Under the pieces are notes generated by a model. It did no database searches and was not told where the DNA came from. It saw only the letters and a list, made by a program, of their open reading frames with translations. Of a DNA stretch of 53,609 nt, positions 19,605-28,659 are shown piece by piece. How positions within the stretch are numbered: position 1 is the first letter of the stretch; each line of letters opens with the position of its first letter. The position numbers and the translations under genes are program-made. Source of the stretch: Thermoanaerobaculales bacterium (GTDB lineage: Bacteria; Acidobacteriota; Thermoanaerobaculia; Thermoanaerobaculales; Sulfomarinibacteraceae); assembly GCA_021107705.1 (NCBI GenBank), contig JAIOSJ010000317.1, forward strand, positions 1-53,609, in the 5' to 3' direction.

Positions 19605-21151
19605 TCACACACTCAGGGTCTGCACGCGGTCCTGGCCCCGCATTATCACCATGTACATCGTTCGCGATACGAACACTGCGGTGAACATACTGGCCAGAAT
19701 GCCGATCGAAAGAGTCACGGCAAAGCCCTTGACCGGGCCGGTGCCGAACTGGAAGAGAAAGAGAGCCGCAATCAGGGTCGTCAGATTGGCGTCAAGGATA
19801 GTCCCGAACGCACGCCCGAATCCTGTGTCAATGGCCGCCCGCACGGTCTTACCGACGCGCAGCTCCTCACGAATGCGTTCAAAGACCAGCACGTTGGCGT
19901 CAACCGCCATGCCGATCGTCAGAATCACACCGGCAATGCCCGGGAGGGTCAGGGTGGCGCCGAAATAGGCCATGGCGCCCATGAGAATCAGCAGATTGAG
20001 CGCCAGGGCCACCACGGCGTTGATGCCGCTCGCGCGGTAATAAAAGACCATGAAAAGCATGACGAGCGCCATTCCGGCAATTGCCGCCCTGACGCCTCGC
20101 ACCACGGAATCGTGTCCAAGGGAAGGCCCGACGGTCCGCTCCTCAAGATAGATCAAGGAGGCCGGAAGAGCACCGGCCCGCAAGATCAAGGACAGATCCT
20201 CAGCCTCGTCGATTGTGTAATTGCCCTCGATCACTCCCGAGTCGGTGATGCGGGCTCGAATGACCGGCGCCGACATGACCCTTCCGTCCAGAATGATGGC
20301 CATCGGCGTCCCGATGTGACTCTCGGTGAAGGCGCCGAACTTGTCGGCCGCCGCCGGAATGAGGTCGAAGCGTACGTTCGCCTGCCCGTACTCATCCTGG
20401 CTGCGACGTGCCGTCCGCAGTTCCCGACCGGTCACAACCGCCACCTTCTTCACGAGGTAGTAATCGCGGCCGATGACCTGGCCCTCAGCGCCCCTGCGAT
20501 CACCCGGAAGCACCTCGGCGCCGGCCGGGGCAGAACCCCCAACCGCCTGCAGAAGACCGGTCCGGTCCGGCGCCGGACCACCCAGAACTTCTTTGAACTC
20601 GAGGAAGGCGGTCTTGGAGATAATATCCTTCACCCGCTCAGGATCATCGACGCCGGGCAGCTGGACCAGGATGCGGTCACCTTCAATGCCTTGGCGAGAG
20701 ATCCTCGGCTCGGCAACACCGAATTGATCGACTCGATTGTTGATTGTTTCCAACCCCTTCCGAACCGCTTGGTCCCGAATGAGCTTTTCGGTATTGGGCT
20801 TGAAGGCGAAGGTCCAGGCGTCCGCCCCACGCCGCAGGTCATACTCACCAAAATAATCGTAGGCGACCTCTTCCAGAAGGACTCGGTCGGTATCGACCAA
20901 GACCTGAACGATGATGCTCAGGCTCTCCGGATCTTCAGGTCCTTTTCAACGGCGAGTGAATCCAACCGAAGGGCTGAGTCGTCAAGTTCAGCCTTGATCG
21001 CGTCGTCGGTCTGTACCTGAAGTACCAGATGGACGCCGCCACTTAGATCGAGACCGTAGTTGATTTTTTCGCCCGGGGGATACATCGACCACGCCGACAG
21101 GCCAACCACGACCACGATGAGCACGATTCTCCACAAAATTTTCTTTTCCAC
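19605..21151 (-). pseudogene. secD: Protein translocase subunit SecD, split by a frameshift near 20920-20940
   Basis: N-terminal part (GTG 21151; TM1, GLDLSGG) ends at TGA 20918; the remainder (RVDQFGVAEP, QLPG, GPSLG, GMAVDANVL, GPVKGFA) continues in another frame. May be a sequence error. Confidence 0.9.
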
Positions 21152-21230
21152 TCTCGCCTCCGTTGGGAAACCACTCCAAGCGTTCCGGCCCATGGCCGAA
21201 CGCTAAACCTCTATCTTCCCGAAACGCGCC

Positions 21231-21530
21231 CTATGGCGCGCCTTCGCCATCGACCATTCCGGTCACAGCTCCTTTGCTGACCCTGATCTTGGTGTTCTCC
21301 GACACCTTGACCATCACCGTGTCGGTCTCGACGTTCGTCACCGTCCCGTGAATCCCGCCTGAGGTCACAACCCGGTCACCCTTCTTGAGGGCCGCCACCA
21401 TTGCATCTTTTTTCTTCTGTTGTTTCTTAGCCGGAAGAATGACGATGAAATAAAACACCGCCAGCACCATCAACAACGGCAACATCATGCCGAAAGGACT
21501 TCCCGCCGCAGCTTCTCCTCCCATAATCAC
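21231..21530 (-). CDS. yajC: Preprotein translocase subunit YajC
   Basis: FYFIVILP..KQQKK, LKKGDRVVTSGGIHG; tgt-yajC-secD-secF synteny. Confidence 0.95.
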   Translation of the reverse strand: MIMGGEAAAGSPFGMMLPLLMVLAVFYFIVILPAKKQQKKKDAMVAALKKGDRVVTSGGIHGTVTNVETDTVMVKVSENTKIRVSKGAVTGMVDGEGAP

Positions 21531-21548
21531 CTCACTCTTGAAAAATGC

Positions 21549-22691
21549 TCAAATCACTCCCCGCTGCAGAGAGATGAGCTTTCGGTCCCGAAACTCGCCG
21601 TAGCGGCCCGCAATGATAGCCTCCCGAGCCTCTCGCATCAAGGTCAAGAAAAAATGGAGATTGTGAACCGTCAACAGAACAACCGATGTGGCCTCCCTGG
21701 AGATGAAGAGATGGCGCAGCGCCGCACGGGAATATCGTCCACAGGTAGGACAGGAACAAGAAGCGTCCAAGGGTCCGTTATCCTCCGTCCAACGCGCATT
21801 CTTGATCACCAGATCACCCATCGACGTAAAGACCTTGCCGGTCCGGGCCGAACGGGTCGGAAGCACACAGTCGAAGAGATCGACCCCGCACCCAACAGCC
21901 TGCAGGAGATCTTCAGCATATCCGACGCCCATGAGATAGCGGGGACGATCCACCGGCAGCATTGGGGCTGAAAAGGCAACGGCTTTATGGAGGAGTTCCG
22001 ACGGTTCCCCGACCGCCAGCCCGCCGATCGCATATCCGTCGAACGGCCACGAAGCCAGTTCTTCGGTGCACCTGCGCCGGACTTCCTCTTTCAACCCACC
22101 CTGCTGAATGGCAAAGAGGCCTCCGGCCCAGCCCTCGTCCGCCTTCCGCATCGCCTCCGCCTCGTCCAGGGATCGCCGCGCCCAACGGACACTCCGATCG
22201 ACTGAGGGGTCGATCGCAGAATCATCGGCCGGATAGGGCAGACATTCGTCAAGGACCATGGCGACATCCACCCCGAAAGCTGCCTGAGCCTGAACTACCG
22301 ACTCGGGCGTGAGCCGGTGTTCGCTTCCGTCGATGTGGGATCTGAAAACCACACCTTCTTCGGTCAACCGCCGGCGAGCCGCCAGCGAAAAGACCTGATA
22401 GCCGCCGGAGTCGGTGAGAATCGGTCCGTCCCACGCCATGAGGTGATGCAACCCACCCATCTTTCGAAGCCGATCCACGCCAGGACGCAGCAAGAGATGG
22501 TAGGTGTTGGCCAGAACCATTTCCGGCGCCAGCCGTTCGAGTTCCCACGCCGCAACACCCTTCACCGTGCCGCAGGTGCCGACGGGCATGAAGGCCGGAG
22601 TCCTGACTTCGCCATGAGGCGTCCCTAACACAGCGGCTCGAGCAGCCGAGCCGGGATCGCGGTGGGAAACGGAGAAAGGGAGGAGAGACAT
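21549..22691 (-). CDS. tgt: tRNA-guanine(34) transglycosylase
   Basis: TPAFMPVGT, NTYHL, TDSGGYQVFSL, YLMGVG, DLFDCVLPTR and the CSCPTC..H Zn site. Confidence 0.97.
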   Translation of the reverse strand: MSLLPFSVSHRDPGSAARAAVLGTPHGEVRTPAFMPVGTCGTVKGVAAWELERLAPEMVLANTYHLLLRPGVDRLRKMGGLHHLMAWDGPILTDSGGYQVFSLAARRRLTEEGVVFRSHIDGSEHRLTPESVVQAQAAFGVDVAMVLDECLPYPADDSAIDPSVDRSVRWARRSLDEAEAMRKADEGWAGGLFAIQQGGLKEEVRRRCTEELASWPFDGYAIGGLAVGEPSELLHKAVAFSAPMLPVDRPRYLMGVGYAEDLLQAVGCGVDLFDCVLPTRSARTGKVFTSMGDLVIKNARWTEDNGPLDASCSCPTCGRYSRAALRHLFISREATSVVLLTVHNLHFFLTLMREAREAIIAGRYGEFRDRKLISLQRGVI

Positions 22692-22747
22692 GGATCAGAA
22701 GCCTACGCTTCGACTGCTTCGAAAAGGCGAAATAGATTCTCTGCGAA

Positions 22748-22775
22748 AAACCGGAACTCGAAACTCAAAACTGCA
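22748..22775. repeat. Short heptamer tandem repeat (AACTCRA-like x4)
   Basis: AAACCGG AACTCGA AACTCAA AACTGCA in the gap between the lolA-like gene and tgt. Confidence 0.55.
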
Positions 22776-22808
22776 GGCCGGGAAAGACATTCGAGAACAC
22801 CGGCTTTC

Positions 22809-23525
22809 TTACTCGGGAACATCAATCCTCTCGATCCGAATATCATCATCCAATTCGAGTTCGAAGACCGAGGTGTCAAGGTCCACATCGATCTCCATGG
22901 ATCGGAACTCGTACCGGGTGGTGTCTCCGTCCGCTTCGATGTACTCCACAGCCACAGGTAGAAACAGCTCTCGGTCAACCTCCAGACGCAAGGTCTCCAA
23001 CCTCCGCCGCAGCGTACGATGAATCGGGGTCAAGGTGAGCCTATAAGGTTCTCCCCCCCCTTGATCCGACAAGGTCATGCGGAATTGCGCCTGCAATTCG
23101 TCAAGCGGCTGCGTGCCTGCCAAAACACGAACGAAACGACGGTGTTTTCGCGGGATCTTGACCTGTTGGGCCACCCCTTCCTCGGGATGCAAAGTCGTGA
23201 GGATGTCGCCAGCGAAAACCACAACCATCGGGGTCGGTTCCCGATAATCCCACCGAACCTGGTCGGGAGTCATAAAGAGGAACTCACCGTTCGAAATCAC
23301 AGTGTCGAGAAGGAGGCTTGAGGTCTTCTCCAACGTAAAATCGGCCCGAAGAGTCTGGAGGGCCCTTTGGCGTTGAACAACGAGATCGACCAAGGCCCGA
23401 ACCTTGGCACCCCCTCTCAGACTTTCCAGAGCCTCCGGAGTCACTGGGTCAGCCCAAAGATTCGGCCCGGAACACCATGTAAATACGAGAGTTAACGTGA
23501 CAGAAAGGAGAAAATATCGACGCAC
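22809..23525 (-). CDS. LolA-like outer-membrane lipoprotein carrier protein
   Basis: Signal peptide; TLRADF..., G.F....PDQVRWDY..P, and LP..VEY.EADGDTTRYEF pattern. Confidence 0.8.
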   Translation of the reverse strand: MRRYFLLSVTLTLVFTWCSGPNLWADPVTPEALESLRGGAKVRALVDLVVQRQRALQTLRADFTLEKTSSLLLDTVISNGEFLFMTPDQVRWDYREPTPMVVVFAGDILTTLHPEEGVAQQVKIPRKHRRFVRVLAGTQPLDELQAQFRMTLSDQGGGEPYRLTLTPIHRTLRRRLETLRLEVDRELFLPVAVEYIEADGDTTRYEFRSMEIDVDLDTSVFELELDDDIRIERIDVPE

Positions 23526-23673
23526 GGGGGGTACTCTACCACAGCATCCTTCCGTGCTCGCTGATCCGCTCCGTCACCAACTCTCGGGGGAAGGCCTCGA
23601 ACACCGGCCATCTCCTTCCCGGGCCTTTCTCCTCATAATACTGTTGCGGGTTACAATTGCGGTGGAGGCCACC

Positions 23674-23982
23674 ATGAGTGAAAAGCCCAAACCCCCCAAT
23701 CAACCCCATCTGACCATCGAACCAACGGTCTCAATGGGCCAGTACACCAACTTCGTGAGCATCGCCCACAACTACACAGAGGTTCTGTTCGATTTCGGCA
23801 GAACTCTCCCGGGTCGTAAGGACATTCCCGTTGTGTCTCGACTGATCATGACCCCTTTTCACGCCAAACAACTGCTCAAGGCCCTGAAGCACAATATCGA
23901 ACTCTACGAACGAAAATTCGGGAAACTGACCGACCCTCCCCCGGATGTAGGATCCTTTGCGGGAGACGCGAACGCCAACTGA
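23674..23982 (+). CDS. DUF3467 family protein
   Basis: GQYTNF..I.H..TE..FDFG, VVSRLIMTP.HAK.L..AL..NI..YE.KFG; RBS GGAGG. Confidence 0.88.
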   Translation: MSEKPKPPNQPHLTIEPTVSMGQYTNFVSIAHNYTEVLFDFGRTLPGRKDIPVVSRLIMTPFHAKQLLKALKHNIELYERKFGKLTDPPPDVGSFAGDANAN

Positions 23983-24066
23983 TGAAGCGGCAGACCCCGA
24001 AAGGCCCGCCCCTCCACTGTTTTGCCGGCCCGCACTTCTTACCGGCTGTCTACCGGAGCCAGCTGG

Positions 24067-25563
24067 CTAGTCCTCCAGTTTAAGAATCAGCAAAATGGGC
24101 TGCTGCGCCCGCGGTCGCTGAACGTAGAGCTTCAGGAACCCTTTCTCTCCGATTTTCTCGACCTCGGCAAGCAGATCCTCAGGTCTTTTCACCGGCCGGC
24201 CGTTTGCCTCAAGGATTAAATCCCCGCGCGTCAGACCCTCTTCACCTGCCGGCGAATCCGCCCTGACCCGGGTGATCAGCAATCCCTCGACAGCACCTTC
24301 AATTCGGTACATCTGCCGCGTCCGAGAATCGAGGGTGGTCACCGAGAGCCCAACCCTCTCCGAGACAAAGTCCACACCATCCTCATCTTGCGACGCATCT
24401 TCGCCCTGAGCGGACTGACCGTCTCTCTCCCCAAGGGTCACCTTAATGCGGCTCTTCTTTCCGTCACGAATCACCTCCAGATCAACCTCGGTTCCCGGAG
24501 GATCGGCCGAAATGGTGTCGATCAGAGTGCGAGTGTTCTCGATGGCCACACCGTCCACCTTGATGATGACGTCGCCATGGTTCATGCCTGCCCTCTCCGC
24601 CGGACTTTTTGGAGTCACGGAGATCACCAGGGCGCCCATGCGGGAGTCGAGACCAAAGGCGCCCTGGGCTTTCTGGTCGATATTGTCGATCGATACACCG
24701 AGGTAGCCTCGAACCACCCGACCATGCTCCCGCAACTGAACCAGAATCTTCGCCGCCGTCTTCACCGGAACCGCAAAACCCAGATTTTGCGCACGGGCGT
24801 TAATCGCGGAGTTGATTCCAATGACCTCACCCCGCAAATTGACCAACGGGCCGCCTGAGTTGCCGAAATTGATCGCCGCATCGGTTTGGATGTAGTTTTC
24901 AAAGGAGCGATCAGAAAGACCCAGGGCTCTTCCCTTGGCGGATACCACACCTACCGTAATGGTGTGGTCCATGTCCATTGGGTTCCCGACCGCCATCACC
25001 CACTCACCTACCCGCAGGGCATCGGAATCACCGATCGGGAGGAATGGAAATTTCCTCTCACCGTCCTTCACCCGCAACAGAGCGAGATCAGTGGCCGGAT
25101 CGGTCCCCACGACCTCCGCCGGATAGGACGAACCATCCACCAACTCGACCTTGATCGTGTCGGCATCTTCAATGACGTGATTGTTGGTCAGAAGTTCACC
25201 ACCTTCGGTGATGAAAAACCCCGAGCCCTCTGATCGCCGGGCTTGAGGCTGGTCCTCCTCATGATTCGGTCCAGGTCCAAAGAAGAAATGGAACCGATCC
25301 TGAGGCATTGAACCTCGCTCGGATCTACTTCGATACTCGGTGACGCGAACCGAGACCACAGACGGAATTACGCGATCGGCAAGAGCCACAAAATCCGGCG
25401 CCAGGAAGTTCACGGCTGCCGGAACAGGATTTCGAACTTCCTCCGGTCGATCTGCTCCCACCGACTGGGTCAGATCCAGACCCCCGGAGAGGACCATTCC
25501 AAATACCACAGCAGCCGCCACGACTACCGCGAGAGAAATCATGCTCTGTCTTTGCGTTTTCAC
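24067..25563 (-). CDS. HtrA/DegP-DegQ family serine protease with two PDZ domains
   Basis: GSGF, TNNHV, DLALL, IQTDAAINFGNSGGPL and two PDZ domains; start near 25563 after GGAGG. Confidence 0.95.
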   Translation of the reverse strand: MKTQRQSMISLAVVVAAAVVFGMVLSGGLDLTQSVGADRPEEVRNPVPAAVNFLAPDFVALADRVIPSVVSVRVTEYRSRSERGSMPQDRFHFFFGPGPNHEEDQPQARRSEGSGFFITEGGELLTNNHVIEDADTIKVELVDGSSYPAEVVGTDPATDLALLRVKDGERKFPFLPIGDSDALRVGEWVMAVGNPMDMDHTITVGVVSAKGRALGLSDRSFENYIQTDAAINFGNSGGPLVNLRGEVIGINSAINARAQNLGFAVPVKTAAKILVQLREHGRVVRGYLGVSIDNIDQKAQGAFGLDSRMGALVISVTPKSPAERAGMNHGDVIIKVDGVAIENTRTLIDTISADPPGTEVDLEVIRDGKKSRIKVTLGERDGQSAQGEDASQDEDGVDFVSERVGLSVTTLDSRTRQMYRIEGAVEGLLITRVRADSPAGEEGLTRGDLILEANGRPVKRPEDLLAEVEKIGEKGFLKLYVQRPRAQQPILLILKLED

Positions 25564-25606
25564 CAATTGCCTCCACAGCCCTTCAGGGCTCACCCCAAGT
25601 AAACCT

Positions 25607-25622
25607 AGCAATCAACGTGCCA
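25607..25622 (-). promoter_or_regulatory. Sigma54 (-24/-12) promoter of the HtrA gene
   Basis: Minus strand TGGCACGTTGATTGCT, an exact match to TGGCACG-N4-TTGCW, about 45 nt upstream of the start. Confidence 0.8.
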
Positions 25623-25635
25623 TATTCCGCTGGAG

Positions 25636-25817
25636 GCCCGCACTTCTCACCAGGTTTCGTAGCGAGGGCTGCGAAGGGTCGTTAGATGTTGGGTTTCTCG
25701 GGAATCGGGCGACGCAGTCGTAGCAGCGCTCCGTCGAGGAGAACGATTTGCGAAAAGCACGACAGATGGCTGACATGCGCCGCCCGCAGCAGACAGCTGG
25801 TGAGAAACGCGGGCTAA
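25636..25817. mobile_element. MITE-like dispersed repeat, family A, copy 2
   Basis: Terminal inverted repeats GCCCGCACTTCTCACCAG / CTGGTGAGAAACGCGGGC; internal sequence colinear with copy 1. Confidence 0.85.
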
Positions 25818-25860
25818 CGCTGTGGGAAAGAAAAATATGCCAAAAAGGCGCATATTCATC

Positions 25861-26985
25861 TCAAGAGGACGTGTTCACCGCCACGCAAACCCGGTCTTTC
25901 CCGGTTTCTTTCGCCTGGTACATCGCCTGATCAGCGGCCCGCATAAGGAGGTTCTTCTTCAGGTCGGTGGACCCCTGGCGGGCGAGATGGATCGGGTAGA
26001 CGGCGGCGCCGACCGACACCGTCAAGGCCGAACGGAGACTCACCGGCCCATCAGCCCACGAAAAGGTTCCGTGCAGAAAAGTGGCCCCACGAAGGGCGCG
26101 GCAGATGCCCTCCCCGACCTCGGCCGCAGCATCGACATCAAAGCCGGGCAAGATCACGACAAATTCATCGCCTCCATAGCGAGCGATGGTCGCTTCGGAC
26201 GCCGTCACGGTCTGCGACAAGAGGTAGGCGAACTCCTTCAAAACCTGAGAGCCGGCCAGGTGCCCCAGAGTATCGTTCACACCCTTGAAGTTGTCGAGGT
26301 CGAGAAAAAGCAGGGCAACTGTTCCTCCGGTAACATCGGCGCGCACCAGTTCCTCGGTGAGTCGATGATGGAAGAAGCGGTCGTTGTGGAGACCGGAGAG
26401 ATCATCACGCCGCGCCATCTCCCCAGCACGCCGCGCATCGAGGAGATTTTCGAGAAAAGCGGACGTGTAACTCCCGAAAACCTCCAGAATTCCAACGTCG
26501 ATCAACGAGTAATTCTCCTCTTTTCTGTTGATCAGCTCGAGAACCCCACACACCGTCTGCTCAATGCGAATGGGCACGGCAACGGCACCCGTCGTCTTGA
26601 AATTCAACGCGGTATCGAAACGACCGTCAAAGTGCGCGTCGTGGGCCGGGTCGGCCAGAAGGTATGGCTCGCCGGTACGGTAAACCTGACCGACGACACC
26701 TTGGTCGGAACACAGCTTCTGACCCAGGAGCGCCTCGGCGGCAGGCCCGAAAGACGCCAAAAAGAAAAGATCGGTCCCCCCCGTGGCATCCATACTCACC
26801 TGAGGTCGATCCATAAGAATAGACCCGGCCGCTGACGGCACAAAGGCGTTGGCCTTGCTCAGAATCTCGACCAGGAAGGGCCCAAGGTCTAGACGAGGCA
26901 GGGAAAAAGCCGTATACCTTCGCCTTTCCAGATGAGGTTCCAGCTTGTCATGGGGAAGAGTCTGCACAGACACGGGCTTATCCAT
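25861..26985 (-). CDS. GAF-GGDEF diguanylate cyclase
   Basis: GAF (GVVGQV..TGE, D.RFD, VPI, GVLELIN), then DDLSGLHN, DLDNFKGVNDTLGHLAGS, RYGGDEF and ADQAMYQAKETGK. Confidence 0.94.
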   Translation of the reverse strand: MDKPVSVQTLPHDKLEPHLERRRYTAFSLPRLDLGPFLVEILSKANAFVPSAAGSILMDRPQVSMDATGGTDLFFLASFGPAAEALLGQKLCSDQGVVGQVYRTGEPYLLADPAHDAHFDGRFDTALNFKTTGAVAVPIRIEQTVCGVLELINRKEENYSLIDVGILEVFGSYTSAFLENLLDARRAGEMARRDDLSGLHNDRFFHHRLTEELVRADVTGGTVALLFLDLDNFKGVNDTLGHLAGSQVLKEFAYLLSQTVTASEATIARYGGDEFVVILPGFDVDAAAEVGEGICRALRGATFLHGTFSWADGPVSLRSALTVSVGAAVYPIHLARQGSTDLKKNLLMRAADQAMYQAKETGKDRVCVAVNTSS

Positions 26986-26994
26986 TCAGCCATT

Positions 26995-28659
26995 CTACCG
27001 AAGTAATTGGCGAATGCGCTCCTCCAGATCGCCAACCGTGTCGGTGTGATCGGCCCGGCCCGGCGCGAACCGGACACCTTCCAGCCCTTTTCGAATCGAT
27101 ACCATCTCGGCTTCAACCTCTTGGCTGCGCTCCTCAACCGCCAGATCGAGCCACCATTGTTCCAGCGCGACCTGAAGTTGGCGCGCACGATCAGCCGGGG
27201 ACTGGCCGTGCCGACGGGGAGGTATCACCGCCGACCTGCGCCGAAAAACCAGCATCGCAACCAATCCGCCTCCCAGCAGACCAACAAGAAGAGCGCCGAA
27301 TACCAGAGCCCAAACAGGCCCGGCGCCTCCGCCGTTCAGAGAACGGCCGACAGCGGAAGACCCCGAATCATCAGCCGACGCCGAGCCCGGCATTTCATCA
27401 GGCAGGACCGTCGGTGTGGGGGTTGGAGGCGGTGGTTTGACTTCGAGGCTCAAGGGGCCAAGCGTTCGATAGCGATACTGCCCGGAGCCGGTATCAAACA
27501 CCGCCAACTCAACCGGTACCAGGGTCATTTCTCCCCACCGCCGGGGCACGACCGTCGTGCGCCAGATCCTCAAACCGTGGATTCCGCTCCCGTCCACCGT
27601 GACGCTGCTCTCTTCCTCGGGGGGATAAGTCGTACAGTCCTCACACGAAGGCCAAAGCGCCGGCGCCTTCACCAAAGGAAGATTGCCTCGACCCTCCAGA
27701 GTGATGCTGACCACCGTCGATGAGCCAAACTCAATCTGTTGAGGGGTCATGGAGACCGAGTAGGCCAGGTCTCCGACCGCTCCCGAAAAGCCCCGAGGAG
27801 GTGCAAGTCGAGGTGTGACCCGGGCCTTCAATTCCTCGGTCGATCTCTCGATCACCGTCGGCGGCACAAAAGCGGAACGACCTCGGAAGCCGATGCGCGC
27901 CCCAACCGCCGGAATGGTCAGGGTCTGGGCCTTCAGTGGTATCAAGGCAAAACGCGCGACCTGAAACCGGTTGAAGACCTCGCCTCCGACCTCAACCTGT
28001 TCGGCTTCGGCTTGATCCGGCATTTCAATCGGCTGAACCCACCATCCCGGATATTCGGGCTGTTTGACCCACTCGAAACCATTAATCAACCCGCCCGTGG
28101 TATCCAAAACTACCGACGCAATAACCGGTTGACCCTCGGCGATCTGCTTTCTGCTGAGGAAGTGGCGCAAGACCACCTTGGCGGTCTGCGCCGGACGACG
28201 AGAGCTTCCAAATATGTCGCCGAAGGGATCGGAAATTCCGAATGAAGTTCTCCGTCTCGGGCGCCGGACCTGAATCGTTCCGGGCACAACCGCGGCCGTC
28301 ACCACACCCCCGGACAGACTGTGCTCGCCCACCCTGACCGTAATCGGCCCCGCAGCCGCTTTGCCGACGCCCAGGGGGCGAAGAATCCAACTCAGACTCA
28401 ACGCCGAGGAGGAGCGACCATTCACGAAGCTGAACTGGGTTTCGCTCGATGGACCCTGGACCACCTCAAAGTTCACCATCTCACCCAGGTCGACGGTCGG
28501 CTTGGCGCCCCCAGGCTCAATCACCCGCACTGTCAGACGAGTGAGATCTTCCGTTCCCAATTTCGCCGGATCGAGACTGACCTCCAACGTCGGCACATCG
28601 CTTGCGGCAACGCCAACCGCCCAAGCCATGAAAGCGACCATCAGAACGAAGGGTCTCAC
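26995..28659 (-). CDS. BatD-family protein
   Basis: Signal peptide, QFSFVNG, FSGAVG, LEGRGNL and a C-terminal TM; last structural gene of the MoxR/VWA operon. Confidence 0.85.
   Translation of the reverse strand: MRPFVLMVAFMAWAVGVAASDVPTLEVSLDPAKLGTEDLTRLTVRVIEPGGAKPTVDLGEMVNFEVVQGPSSETQFSFVNGRSSSALSLSWILRPLGVGKAAAGPITVRVGEHSLSGGVVTAAVVPGTIQVRRPRRRTSFGISDPFGDIFGSSRRPAQTAKVVLRHFLSRKQIAEGQPVIASVVLDTTGGLINGFEWVKQPEYPGWWVQPIEMPDQAEAEQVEVGGEVFNRFQVARFALIPLKAQTLTIPAVGARIGFRGRSAFVPPTVIERSTEELKARVTPRLAPPRGFSGAVGDLAYSVSMTPQQIEFGSSTVVSITLEGRGNLPLVKAPALWPSCEDCTTYPPEEESSVTVDGSGIHGLRIWRTTVVPRRWGEMTLVPVELAVFDTGSGQYRYRTLGPLSLEVKPPPPTPTPTVLPDEMPGSASADDSGSSAVGRSLNGGGAGPVWALVFGALLVGLLGGGLVAMLVFRRRSAVIPPRRHGQSPADRARQLQVALEQWWLDLAVEERSQEVEAEMVSIRKGLEGVRFAPGRADHTDTVGDLEERIRQLLR

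Noticed and set aside
25825-25845. Second sigma54 site (TTGGCATATTTT on the minus strand)
   Set aside because: Lacks the -12 GC at the required spacing.
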